A stretch of DNA of 64,000 nucleotides from Dicyema japonicum (taxonomy: Eukaryota; Animalia; Dicyemida), in the NCBI GenBank assembly GCA_011109175.1, contig RDEW01000018.1, forward strand, positions 679,304-743,303, written 5' to 3'. A program made the position numbers and the translations under genes. The notes under the pieces are model-generated. The model was given only the letters and a program-made list of their open reading frames with translations. It was not told the DNA's origin and ran no database searches. Below, in pieces: positions 50,061 through 62,304 of the stretch. The stretch's first letter is position 1. Each line of letters begins with the position of its first letter.

Positions 50061-50485
50061 CCATAAAATAAGTGATTAAATTTGCACGTGGGTCTAATCT
50101 GGAGAATGAACAATTGTATTTTCAGTTTGTTGTATTAACAGTCTGTTTTAGCTTTAATGTAGCTTAAAATATATTTTGAAGACTACAATGAAATGTCAAT
50201 ATTATAGTCATACTACAATTCTCATACACTTTGAAGAATAGGTATATTTAACTCCCTTCTCAATCGAGTCATACATTAAACATTCGCAATCCCCCACTTT
50301 GTCGACTTTGTTTACGATAATGTTCTCCAAGGCCTAATATTAAATGACCCAAGACATTTACATAAAGAACCATCACTTTGGTATAATCTTGCTCGATCTT
50401 ATTGTAGTATTACTATTGAGTAAATATTACAAAATAAAAAAGAACAATAAAGTCAAAAAAATATTAAAAGAATATCAAAATATAG

Positions 50486-52520
50486 TCATCTTCTACCACG
50501 ACGAGGTTTATTGAGAGGTCTACTAGGAAGGACATATCCATTCCTCACATCAGGGTCTAATGGGATTTGTTCTGTCAATGTAAAATGTCCTAATAAATCA
50601 TTCAACTGTTCTTGTAGTTCATTAATAGTCTAACACATCAACAATCTCATTACATTCTCATTCCGTTTAATCACTTCATTGTGGGATTCCTCCATTTTCT
50701 TCATTTTCATGTCCATTTGACCACGATTAGATAACAATAATTCATTATACTCCGTCAGTTCCTCCACTTTAGTATCACTGGCCTTGTAGTCCCTCATAAG
50801 CTAATTCAATTAATTATATTATTAATTTATTATTTAATTAATTTAACATTTAAATGAAATAAAAAATATTAAAAAATACTTTGTCGTTTGTGGCTTTTAA
50901 CTTGTGGATCTCTTTATTTTGATTCTCCACCTTAATTTGTAGCTGCGACATAGCTCGTTCCCAGAATAACCCCAAGCCAACAAATCCTCAAAACGGTCCT
51001 TCATAGCCCCAATCTTTGCCTGATAACAGTTCTGCTGTATTTCCAATTGGTTTATATACTAAACTGCCATATCCCTCAACCTCAAGCTGTATTGAATCCA
51101 CCTTCTCCTCACTATTGACCAATTGGTCTCTGTCCACAGCAATCAGTTTGTTGTCAGTCTCACTCTGCACTATTCTGTGGACATATCTGTCATCAGTGTA
51201 GTCCCACACCTCCTGAGTGTTAATATTCTTAAAGAATCCATGTCCATTATCAGCAAAATGTCTAATAAGCCAAATTATTACTCAAAAGCGTGTCCATTAG
51301 CATATCTCCCACAACCAACAAAGCCACATACCAGACATAGCCAGTTTTGCTGTTTATTACCAATTGTTACCTCTTTTAGGTCACATATTTCACAGCCCTG
51401 TCTGTAGTTGTAATTGGGGGTCATTTGGTGACGACAGACAGGACAACTAGTTTTATCATTATTAGTACTTGTTGGACTCCCATTTTGAGATACAGTTAAT
51501 GTGGTAAGTGTGATTACAGAGTACAGTCACAACTGGACATTTGTCCTATCAATTAGTTATTGCTTAACCAGTCTTTCCAAACAAACCACACAATTAGGGA
51601 TTTCCACCACATTGTACAAATCATTCTATAATAAATATTAACATTAATAACGATAAAATAAGCAGTCAAAAATAAAACATATAAACGGTTTAATTTTAAA
51701 AAATTGAAAACTAAATATTAATTATTGATTGGGTAACCAATTAAATAGTATTAAAGCGGTCAAAAATAAAATATATTAAGTGGAGAATATACTCATTGAG
51801 TGGGTGACCAATTAATATACAAATAAATAACCAAGTATTCAGAAGAGGAGAGGACCAATCCAACATAAGCCAGATTACAAACGTGGTCCTCAATGACATT
51901 AAACTTCTTTTCATTACAGGAATCAAAGAATGTTTTGGCAGTAATCTAATACAAAAGGTAGACTAACCTTATCCTGAAACTTAACCAATGCCAAATATGT
52001 GCTGTGTGATGTGTCATCAAATATTCTAACAAACTCAATATTATTTCTCCAATAATCACCAATCATACATGTATTGATATAAATAAGACAATATTTCACT
52101 GTTTTCAAAACATCCAGGGATTCCCATAACACAAATCATTGAGGATATGTAATTTGACGGGTCTTCCTTACTGGGGGTCAATAATGCAACAAACGGCTTA
52201 TATAAGTGAATAACTCCTCTCATTTCATGGATACTGGCATTCCCGCAAATGAAGGATGTTTCCGAAAAGTCCTCAAATTCTTTGCTTTTTAATAATTGTG
52301 CTTTAATTAATTTAATAATTACTGATATCATTTGTCTTTATTTTTAAATTACTGACCCTTCGTTTGTTGTGCTTCTTGGGCCTTCTTTCTGTGTGTTGTA
52401 CTTTGTCTTTGAATTCCTCGTCTAATTTATTTATTGTGACTTACCAATAAATACTAATTTCTTTAGTGTTTCTTCACAATCCATCTCTAAGTCTATTCCC
52501 ACGCAAACAACACATTTCAT
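50486..52520 (-). CDS. BRAP: BRCA1-associated protein (BRAP2/IMP/ETP1-type RING-H2 + ZnF-UBP E3 ligase), complete multi-exon gene
   Basis: ATG at 52520, TGA at 50486. Introns: 52444-52422 (23), 52322-52301 (22), 52068-52047 (22), 51967-51946 (22), 51831-51626 (206), 51568-51546 (23), 51468-51447 (22), 51370-51350 (21), 51281-51262 (20), 51080-51059 (22), 50970-50954 (17, or 41), 50879-50801 (79), 50653-50630 (24); optional in-frame 52194-52171 (24). Spliced motifs: SFICGN...GVIHLYK, KKFNVIEDHVCNLAYV, EIPNCVVCLERLD...LCNHTYHINCISKWESNNCPVCR, CEICDLKEQNWLCLVCGFVGCGRYANGHAFEHF, VWDYTDDRYVHRIVQS, EEKVDSIQLEY, NELQEQLNDLL. Confidence 0.92.
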
Positions 52521-52619
52521 ATTTAAATATTTTAATTTTTAATTTATTTAAATTAATATTATAAACGACTACATTTATTCGGGTTTTTTTGTAACTTCCA
52601 TGAATGAATAAATAAAATA

Positions 52620-54480
52620 AAGCCTTGAAGATCGATGCTCGTCAAAAAAGGCAGTTAGTATTTGGAATTTTTCAATAAATCAGAAAGGATACCTGATCCA
52701 GACATAATATTTGCAGTCTTGTTGCATTTTATATTCTGCTTTTAAATCATAGTCTGTTATATAATTAATGATGTTGCAATTGCAAGACTCGTGATAAGAC
52801 AAATTCCCCAAATTGATACTCCTGCTCTATTTTTTTATCTGAGGTGATTTTATTAAGCTACTGATTTCGCAAGTTCGATTTTGGATTGTCCAACCTGCCC
52901 TTTTTTGAAACGCTACTATATACGAGAATCCCCTAAATTGGATCAGGATTTTGCGGAGATGAACGATTTGCTCTTTATTCTATGTATCTGTAATTCAAGA
53001 AGCATTCCGATCCGAATCCAGACCGCTTCCTGTCTACCAGTCTTATTAGTCATCTAGAGATCGACAGCGGTTTGATGCTTTTCCTATTTTCCCAGAGCTT
53101 ATTGCGGAAATACAAGCGGAAATCGGCCTGACAAATCAATCTCGCCCGTAATCTGTGCTCAAACTGCGGATTTAACTTTCCCACACCCAGCTCAGAATGA
53201 CCGGAGTCCTCACCAGACACCGGTCTCAGTGAAAGAATTTGCTTGAAACTCTTGGAGTGTGACAGGAGTCTCCGCTTGTTGATAGGAAACACTTTTAAAT
53301 ATAAAACAAAAGAAAAATTAATGTACGGATGATCCCGAAAAGGGAAAAGCTAGTTCAAATCCAGAGAACTATAGGCCAATCAGCCTAATATGCAGTATAT
53401 CGAAAATTATGGAAAAAATCATTTTCAACAGATAATCAAAATACGTTGAAGACAACAATTTTCTTCTCGATGATCAGTGGGGTTTTCGCCCCACTAGAGG
53501 GACTGGAGATTGTTTCTCAATATTATCAAATTTTATATGTGTTGCTTAGAAGAGAGTGTCTTACGTCCGTATGTCTGGACATATCAAAGGCTTTTCATAG
53601 CGTTTGGCATGCTGGGTTGTTGAAAACTTTTCAAATTTTAATGTTGGGAGCAAGGCTCTAGTGTGGATGAAGGATTTTCTTTCTGGTAGAGAATCTTTTA
53701 TACGTGTTGGAAATCATATATCGAAGAAAATTTTGTCAAAAAGAAGAGTTCCACAAGGGTCTGTTTTAAGTCCCCTCTTATTCAAATGCGTTATGTGTGA
53801 CATTCCGAAGTTTGAACACCTAAATTTGAAAATGCTTATTTATGTCGATGATGTTCTTTTGCTCGATCTTAGTATTAATATATCGATTTCTTGAAAACGT
53901 GTTTTAACACATATCGAAAGAATTAAATGTTGGTGTCAAGATAAAGGTTTATCCTTATCTCTTGAAAATTGTACTGCTTTATGGATTGTGAAATACAAGA
54001 ATAATTCAAAGATTTGTATTAATACTGGAGCGATCAAATGCATGGAACAGTTACAATATCTTGGTGTTTGTGTGAACTCGAAGGGTGCCTTCATTAATTA
54101 TATCAAAAAAAGAGGAAAAAAGCTACGGAGATATTGAAATCGCTTCTACGTTTTCAATTAAGTCCGGAAACTTTTCTTTATGTGTATACAGCTTGTATGG
54201 AACCATTATTGATTTATGGCTTCCAAGGATGGTTTGAAAGTGATAAGAGAAGTACTATTGTAGAGCTTCTCGATAAATCGAGAACTCTATTAAACTGGCA
54301 TATGGACTTGATTTAAAGTCTAAATTATCGCCAAGTGATGAGAGACGTGCAAGATCCATTGAGGAAGTATTGCACCACTTGAAAAAATAATTCTTGTTGG
54401 ATGCAAGGGGTCAATAATTCAAAAAAGAGACATATGAAGTCTCGTTATACCAGCCCTCATCAACCAGGACAAACTCTTTG
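52620..54480 (+). mobile_element. Decayed APE-RT LINE
   Basis: PENYRPISLICSISKIMEKII, QWGFRPTRGTGD, CLDISKAF, RVPQGSVLSPLLF, IYVDD, LQYLGVCVNS; weak APE remnants upstream. Confidence 0.8.
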
Positions 54481-54559
54481 GCTTCTCCCTTTTTAATTAG
54501 TTTTTAATTAGTAACGAGTTTGTTATATTAATAAAATTATCTATCTAACAGAGATCAAC

Positions 54560-55480
54560 TGGAGAAGCCCATGTAATGTGGATTATTGATGTGAAAAGAA
54601 CTTATAAGAGCTAAAGATAGCAATAAGAGCTGTCAAGAATTAAGCTCGGGGAGTCATTTCATCAAAGCTAAGATGTTCAAAGAAGGCCCAGAAATTTTAT
54701 TCGAATTTCTTAAAGTTATGTTCAACGCATGCATCAAAATTAGTCATGTTCCACACGAATGGAAGAAGACTATTGTACGGAAGGTAGTGAAGAAAGGGAG
54801 ACCGAAGAATAATCTGCTAACTACCGTCCGATCAGCCTAATTCGATCAAATTCAAAAATTATGGAAAAAATTGTCTTCTGGAGGGTTACAAATCATCTGG
54901 AGAAAGAAGACTACTTCAGAAATGATCAATTTGGTTTTTGCCCAGGACGGTCATGCGGTGATTGCTTATTTCATCTCAACTCAAAGTTATGCAAAGCCAG
55001 AGAATCCAAATGTTTCCTGAATGTCATATCTCTCGGAATATCAAAAGCATTCGACAGTGTTAACCACAGAGCCATAATCGGTCAGTTATCTCGGACGGGA
55101 AGCTAAAAAGAACTAGTGAATTGGGTGAAAGTGTACCTAGAAGGAATAACCTCCTATGTTAGATGCGGACGCTATTTTTCAAATATCATATTATTGAAGA
55201 GAGGAGTCCCACAAGGATCAATTTTGAGCCCTCTATTGTTTAATGTTCTAATAGCCGGTTTCCCGTCTCCGAGTACGAGATCACTTATATACGCAGACGA
55301 CGTACTACTGTCTGATGTGTCGAGATCGAGCATGATCTCAGAGATGAGACTCAATGTGTATATGGAAGAGATAAAAGACTGATGTGGTCTTCAATGCGAT
55401 ATTGTGTATGAGGAAATTGAGACTCGAGACGGATATGTTTTTATTTATTTTTTCCACGGCATGCAGTGTGTCTACCGCGC
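54560..55480 (+). mobile_element. Decayed LINE RT (second family)
   Basis: NYRPISL...SKIMEKIVF, DQFGFCPGRSCGD, ISKAFDSVNH, GVPQGSILSPLLFNV, LIYADD. Confidence 0.82.
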
Positions 55481-55699
55481 TCCTGGCAATGTTGGATAAG
55501 CAAAGGGGGTCGACACAAGTAGCATCCAAAACCAAAGGATTCCCCTCCTCGAATGGGAAAATTGTGATTCCGTCTGGCCGTTTCCGTCTCCTCTGTCCAA
55601 CCCAATAAATTAATTTTTAATTCGATATTCTTAATTTATAGATTACAATTCGAGGACAGCCAGCCTCCTACAAAATAGCGAGGTCGGGGTTAATAAGTA

Positions 55700-55745
55700 T
55701 CACGTCCGGGTAAAGTATCAGGTCCGGGCTGATAAGTCAAATATA
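55700..55745. repeat. Short direct repeat resembling a mariner-type terminus
   Basis: aagtatcacgtccggg / aagtatcaggtccggg followed by ctgataagtc (reminiscent of Himar1-type GGCTGATAAGTC); no partner TIR found. Confidence 0.25.
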
Positions 55746-56578
55746 TCATTCCAAAACAAATGGTTACTGGAGATTTTAGTGAAACCAGACGGAATGTATT
55801 TCACCGTGAGACGAAATTTTTAATTTTGGGAGACCTTGCAATCGGACCCTATATTCGGAGGAAAAACGAATTTTTTTAATTTTGTCTCCTATTTTCGGTT
55901 AGAGAAGTTAGTTTGAATTAGAGTATGGGTAAATTAGAAAATGGGTTAGGATGAATGGAGAATGGATCATGGTGAATTTAAAGCCGAATGGGGGTAATTT
56001 ATGTAAGCTGAGGTGCTGCTATTTTTTATTGTAATATCTAGATCGCTTCATGATTAATAGTGTTGTTTTCCGATGAATTTAGGAAACATCGGAAACTCGA
56101 AATTTTGAAATAAATAAGAGTTTGATATACTCTGCTTCAAATCTCTTCTGGCTTAAAATTGAGGCGCAGAATGTGATCGCCTGCCTTATAGAGGAAGACG
56201 ATAAAACAGAGGACATCCATTCTTGCAGTTGGAGACCATCAAATGAATAAATTTGAAGAGATAAATTCCAAAACATAGTGTCAACTAATCAGATGATCTC
56301 AGTTTATAGTAACTCCCGGACTCTCCCGAGTAGTCCGTCAGCAATCTCACTGCCTTCCAGAAGTGTGTCCTCCGATTTCTGGAAATAAACTCGAACTCGG
56401 CATTCCTCGCATGGGTAACCCTTTCCCTAAATAAGTTTCCTGGTTCTTTTCAAGAATACAAGAAATCCCGATCATTGTTTCTGCTGAAATCTAAAAAATA
56501 TTATTTTATGCTCTTTCGTGTGAGGGAAAAACACGGATTTTCCGCATGAGCGAGTTAACATGTAAGATTCCTATAGAA

Positions 56579-57878
56579 CAGTGTTTCTTAACGTGGTCCC
56601 CAGGAATATTTTTAGGTCAATTAATTTTTATGACTAAAAAAATTATTTAATTTTTATTATTTATTCGCATTAGAATATTTAATTAATTTTATTCCACGTG
56701 TTTTTTTTTGTTATTTGACTCTGGAGGCCATCATTAAACAAAACTCCGGCATGCGGGAAGGTGGCCCTGCAAATAGTCAGCCGCCCTGTACGAGCTTGTG
56801 TGGGTACGAGGGAAGAGCACCGGGAAGGAATGAGGATTTTGGCGGAGCGCATCGAGATCACGTGATAGTTAGTTTTGGTTTTACCGTGGTCTTGGGTGTT
56901 AAATAAATAAAAAAATAAATTGTAATGGTTAATTACAATGGATTGATTTTTATGTCCAATATGGTTTTACCCAATATACTGGATTGACAACGTCGATAAA
57001 GCTCAGTGTATGATATGCGACGTCATAATGGGAAACAACTCTTTGAAGCTGTCACAATTAAAAAGACATAAGGAAAAAACTCACCCACAAAATGTTGACA
57101 CTGTCGAAAGTTTATTGCAAAGAGAACTAAATATGATAAATCTGGAAAACTTAGTAATTTCGGATTTAGACCAATAGATGAACCATGTCTGCTAGCATAT
57201 GAGGTATTAATAATTGAAGCATTTATTTTAGATATCCTTAATTATTGTCAAAAACAAAGTATCTCACTTTTCTGAAGAAAATTAATAAAACCTGCCGACA
57301 ATTGCAAGAATATTGCTCAGAATAAAGATGCCGTACAAAAATTTAAAAAATGTCTTCGTTTAAAGAAAAATTGTCACTATGGAGGAGAAATATACGAAAT
57401 AACAACGCTTCAATGTTTCCGATGGTAGAAAATAAGATTGGTGATAATGAACCTGAAAATGGTTTCTTTTTTGATTATTGATCATCTCGACAATCTTGAA
57501 AATAAAATTGGAGATTATTTCCCAGTTACTGAACCAATTCCAATCTTAAGTAAAAATGCACTGGAAGTGATAATTCCCTTTCCAACCACTTATTTATGTG
57601 AAATGGCAATTTCTTGTTATTCTGAAAAGTAAAGTTCGCAACCGACTTAAGGTGGAAGACGATATGAGAATGGCACTTACCAACATTGTACCAAAAATTG
57701 AACAGCTAGTATAGAACAGCTAGTTTCTGAAAAGCAGGATCAAAAATCACACTAACTCTAAATATTATGATTTTTTAATTTTGTTTGTTTTTTTTATTAA
57801 ATTGTTTTGTTACATGTGGTCCCCAGAAAAATTCAACAGACTAAAGTGGTCCCCGGTCAAAAAGGTTAAGAAACACTG
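56579..57878 (+). mobile_element. Non-autonomous hAT (Charlie/Buster-like) transposon, 1300 bp
   Basis: Perfect 14-bp TIR CAGTGTTTCTTAAC (56579-56592) / GTTAAGAAACACTG (57865-57878); 8-bp TSD ctatagaa / ctataaaa (7 of 8 match); C-terminal remnant ALEVIIPFPTTYLCEMAIS. Confidence 0.9.
56720..56915 (+). mobile_element. Very short 5'-truncated LINE 3' end nested in the hAT element
   Basis: Frame ends ILAERIEIT*, then the same 3' stem-loop architecture and (TAAA)n tail as families A and B. Confidence 0.7.
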
Positions 57879-58659
57879 CTATAAAAGTAATGTTAAATCA
57901 GAACACATGTAATCGACAATTAACGTTATCAATGCATCGAAAGTGATTTCGTGGATTTTCTGGCATTGTACTATTTTTTATACTTCAACTTTTCTCGACA
58001 GCAATTGAGTTTAGCATGAACCGGTCGAGTAGCCCTTCGTATTTCTTCTCTTTAGAATTCGCCTTTTTGCGGTGGATAAAGCATCTACAAAACTCTAATA
58101 TCTGTCAATATAGTTGGTGTCCAATATTAGTGGTTTCCTCTCATAGAAAGGAAAATTGTAATTCCGTTTCCTTTGTCCATGCCATCGGACTCCAGCATGG
58201 AAGGATATCCTGAAGATTCGTGCGCAATCTATTATTTATTTTACACCCCCAGGATCACTGGGTTAAGGACCAAGAGAAAGTTTCCAACTAAATAAGTGAT
58301 CCCAGAACGGCAATTGTTGGCAAGAAACAATGTGGTACCTCGAACGTGGTGGCATTTGGAAAAAAGAGTCATAGTCTTCCTATCTCTACAGAATGGACCG
58401 CAAAAAATCTACCAATTATGTTCCTTGAAATGAAAATGAAAAATTCCAAACTAACTAATCAAGTGATCCTGGCACTTTTAACATAGACTTTAGCATTGGC
58501 ACGATGGCCCTCCCTCTAGCCCATACAAACACGTATCAGCCGTATAACTGGATCCACGTAGTGGCAACGGGACGTTTCTCGGTTCTTACGTATTAAAGAT
58601 TCCGGAGGCATTGGAGACTAGTACTTTCTAGAAATCCATCGTTCCGTAATTTTAGACTT

Positions 58660-59420
58660 TTATGGATAGCTTCGATTTTCATGGATTTGTCCAAGAGATA
58701 AGCAGTCCCCATGAAACACATACAAATGAGATGCATGGTTCGAGGTACTGCTCGTATATGAGCAAGTTTAAAATAGCTTGTGTGAAATTTTTACCGGTAT
58801 TACATAGTGAATACGATCAAACAAAAAAAACTTCTCTTTGGTCACAATATTTGCTCTCCAACGACAGCCTCATAGGTTGTGTGCTAACAAGACTATTTTA
58901 GGGGAGTCTGATAGAAAACTATGCCGATTTGCCTCAGATGCCGATATTCATCGATTCGCCTCTGTAGACCAAGACTATAGAAGAAGCGGATACTCACGTG
59001 GGCACCTCAGTCCATGTGGGGACTTTAAATTCGACCAGAAAGCTATGTGTGTGTTAACAAATATTGTCCCTCAGGATATTAAACAAAACTCAATGATTTG
59101 GGTACATTGAAAACTATGTGAGGTTATCCTTACTCTGAAAATTCGACTATAGTGGGTAGTAACAGGCCCCGCTTACTTTCCAACCGAAAATGTCATCAAT
59201 ATTCGTGTTTTATTTTTATGGACATTTAGGTTATTGGAAAAGACAAGGTGTGGGTCCCCACACACATGTACAGGTGGTACTGTGCCAGAGTGAGGAAAAT
59301 CTCTATATTGGTGTTTTCCTTGTGCCTAATACGAATAAGGACTTCGAGAATAGGATGTTGAATTACATGGTTAGGGATATGGGATTCAATCAGACAGGTT
59401 GACCTGGAATTGTTGGAAAG
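58660..59420 (+). pseudogene. DNA/RNA non-specific (EndoG/NUC, His-Me finger) endonuclease domain gene, disrupted; may extend upstream to about 58016
   Basis: SEYDQTKKTSLWSQY, 26-nt intron at 58876-58901 (contains ctaac), SGYSRGHLSPCGD, LTNIVPQDIKQN, IENYVR, VVTGPAYFP, VIGKDKVWVPTHMY, FLVPN; at least two frameshifts. Confidence 0.75.
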
Positions 59421-60479
59421 ACCAGCTTGGCTTTACGCTGTTCTGAATTAGACCGAACACGTGTTATGGATTTGAGAAAGTCATACAAAATCAATAAAAA
59501 TCAATATTTTAATATTTAAAAATTAAAGGATATTTAAATTTTGTTTTTTGTTGATTATACGAGAAAATTAGGGAGACATGGCTAAGTTATGAAATAAGGA
59601 AGTATTCAATGCAATAAAGTTCCTGGTTTGATTCTCGTGTAATCCAAAATTAGACTAACTTGGACAGTGGTAGTCTGCCTTTAGAATAAAATTATTAGTT
59701 CTCTTAAGTATACAAGGCTTCTATTTTTTAATTACACCTAAATAGTGTATCCCACGTGTTACTTAACATTACAAAATATGTGTCATGACTCATGACATGT
59801 TTTCTAGCAGGAAGTGACAATCATTAATACATGGCTTCGATATAAATCAATTATTTATTACATTATTAGTAGGGAAACCGTAAAATAGCAATTTTTTATT
59901 TTTTACAGCAGAGGCATTTACTCTCGATATTAATTTCCTGAGTTAGATTTTCACAAGTAATACTTCCTGATTTATATCGGATATAAGAAATGATACTTCC
60001 TTGAATATAGATAGCAAAATTACGAATTTAAATACTTTATAATAATTAACGCAACACGTGTGAATCTTTTGTCTGTGGTTATGGTCTATCTGACATATCT
60101 CATGGGTTCGATTCCCAGCAATTGGTATCTAATTTTCTTTCTAATGGATAGTTTGGAGACTGGCTGACCTAGTTATATGAAAAAATGATAATTTCTTGAT
60201 GTTTTATTGGAAAATTATTGTAGACCATTAAAACTAATAAAAATTAATTAAAATAATAAAGATTAATAAATACAAAATTAATTAGTTAACCCTTAAAATA
60301 TTAAAGTATTTAATAATTGCATGTGCTGATGCGACAAGTTGAGGTTTATATATTTAGTAATAATACATAGGGAGAATTAGTGGAGAGAGATATGACGTAT
60401 ATTTTATTATAATTTTAAAGGATCAAACCACTCCCTCGTTCGAATTCCTATGCTTTTAAACGAAAATTTCTCCCTGTAA

Positions 60480-61050
60480 AGAAGGAACCGTCTGATAACC
60501 CTGAGTAATCCTCATATTTTGACAGTTAGGACCCGCTTGTGTCCCTTCAAACAGAAAGTGAAGAAACCCCCTGTTAATTCATCAAAACCTCAGAAACCAA
60601 AACCATTGACCAAAGTTCTTCGCAACGTCAAGACCACCGTCTCAGTCTCTTCCATTAATCCCGAGAGATCTCGTCCAAGGCCATCAATTAGGAAAGTAGA
60701 GCTCACCTCAGAGATCCGCAAAATTTCCGGGATCAGCGAAGATTATTCGACGTACAAACAACGTGCCATCACCCATTATGTAGTTTTGTCTTTAATTTCA
60801 GCCCGATGTCCCCGTCTGTGAAGTTCCTATTGACATAGACTCTACGAGACCCGTAGCTTGTTTCTACCCTATCAATGACATTCAACGGAACGACTTTGTG
60901 GTGATCCTGCCTGATTATCTGCCAGTAAAGGACTTTGATTCCGAGAGTCTGGTGAGGACTGGGGTTATATTTAGCGACCTTCCAATGACACAAGACACGT
61001 GAAGGAGACCAGCTGTGTGTTACATGGGAATGGGCAAGTCATGCTTGAGT
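60480..61050 (-). mobile_element. Possible LINE ORF1/gag relic
   Basis: Weak resemblance only (VPLNVID..., remnant Cys-rich segment); many stops. Confidence 0.25.
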
Positions 61051-62304
61051 TTGGATCATCAGTTAGCGTGGAACTACAGCCAATGAATACAGTGGTGGAG
61101 TCATCGGTTGTTGTTATTGTGATTGTAGGACATAGCTAATGTTGTGTTTAAAGGGAAGGAGGCTGATATCAGTAAATTTGGGACTATGGGGTGTCTTTTT
61201 ATGGCTATTCCTTTTGTTCCTGATGTTGATGATTTATAAAGTCTATATTATATTCTTTTTATTATTTTGGGGATTTTTATTAGGAAATTGTGTCAGTTTG
61301 GTATATTTATATGAGTTACTATACTAATTCTGGGTAGTTAGTTTGGTGCTCCCCGGTCTTTATATTTTTTGCATTTCATTAAACAGTTATATAGCTCATC
61401 ATTTCATTAAACAGTTATATGGCTCAACAAGAAAAAATTAGTTCTTCAAGTGGAGGTTTTGTATATAAGATGTTTTGTTAGCTCTCCTTGATGTTGGTTA
61501 CTACCAGGAATGGAGATGTTGTATTTCGTTAGTTGTTTTCTAGGGGAGCCGCATTATCTGACATTGGTAGATAAGTCTGAGTTATTATTGGAGCACTATC
61601 AAGAATTCATGTTAGGATTTCTTATTTTAATTATTATTTTTCTATTTAAGGAATCAATGAGGATTTTCAATTATTAATTGCGTTGACAATTTTGGAGAAT
61701 TGATAATTTAACAAGATGACGCAATCAATACAATCATATTTGTCTATCAGTTTAAATATAATTGTAATGATCACTAGGGAACAATAACCCTTATTAACTG
61801 ATTATGTATACTTAATATTGACTAGTAGGCCAAGTGGTTAAATGGGGTTGAGACATATCTATTGCACAGAATGTCTACTTTGCTTTATAAAGAATGCTTT
61901 TGTTTTCCTTCCTATGACCATGGAAAAGATGACGGACTCAGGAGACATTGAAAAACAAAGGAAGCACGTACGATCTGTGTCCAAAATGCGTCCCCAAAAA
62001 TTAAAGGTGTCAGTCTTTCGCAAAATCAACATAATGAAAGCAAAGAAGGCAAAAATCTTTTTCATTGCAGACCATCTGAAAATGAGAGCTCTACAAATTT
62101 ACAATCCAGGCCACTCAATGCCAATGCTATCCCCAAGACCGATGTCGTATGAAACAGATGCACGATTTTGTTTCCACATCACCCTGCAAAAACTCGATTA
62201 TAACAAATTAACGCAACCCTATTTTTTAATTGACCAATCAGAATTCTTTCTACCGAAAGGCATTCGGGTTTGCCTACATTGTAGAAAACACTCCTCTCTG
62301 TCAA

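Noticed and set aside
50486-52520. Alternative genetic code (TAA/TAG/TGA reassigned) to explain in-frame stops in host genes
   Set aside because: The stops and frame changes in BRAP, MARVEL and LAMP-like copy 1 fall inside GT-AG segments whose removal restores frame and conserved motif spacing; many need a frame change that recoding cannot supply.
55900-56500. Merlin/IS1016-like transposase relic on the minus strand
   Set aside because: Only vague resemblance (HLMVSN); no TIRs or catalytic motifs could be placed.
60070-60125. tRNA or tRNA-derived SINE (GGTTCGATTCC B-box-like motif near 60107-60117)
   Set aside because: No cloverleaf, convincing A-box or second copy could be built around it.
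61139-61327. Hydrophobic 62-aa ORF as a membrane protein
   Set aside because: It arises from T-rich low-complexity sequence with no supporting gene structure.
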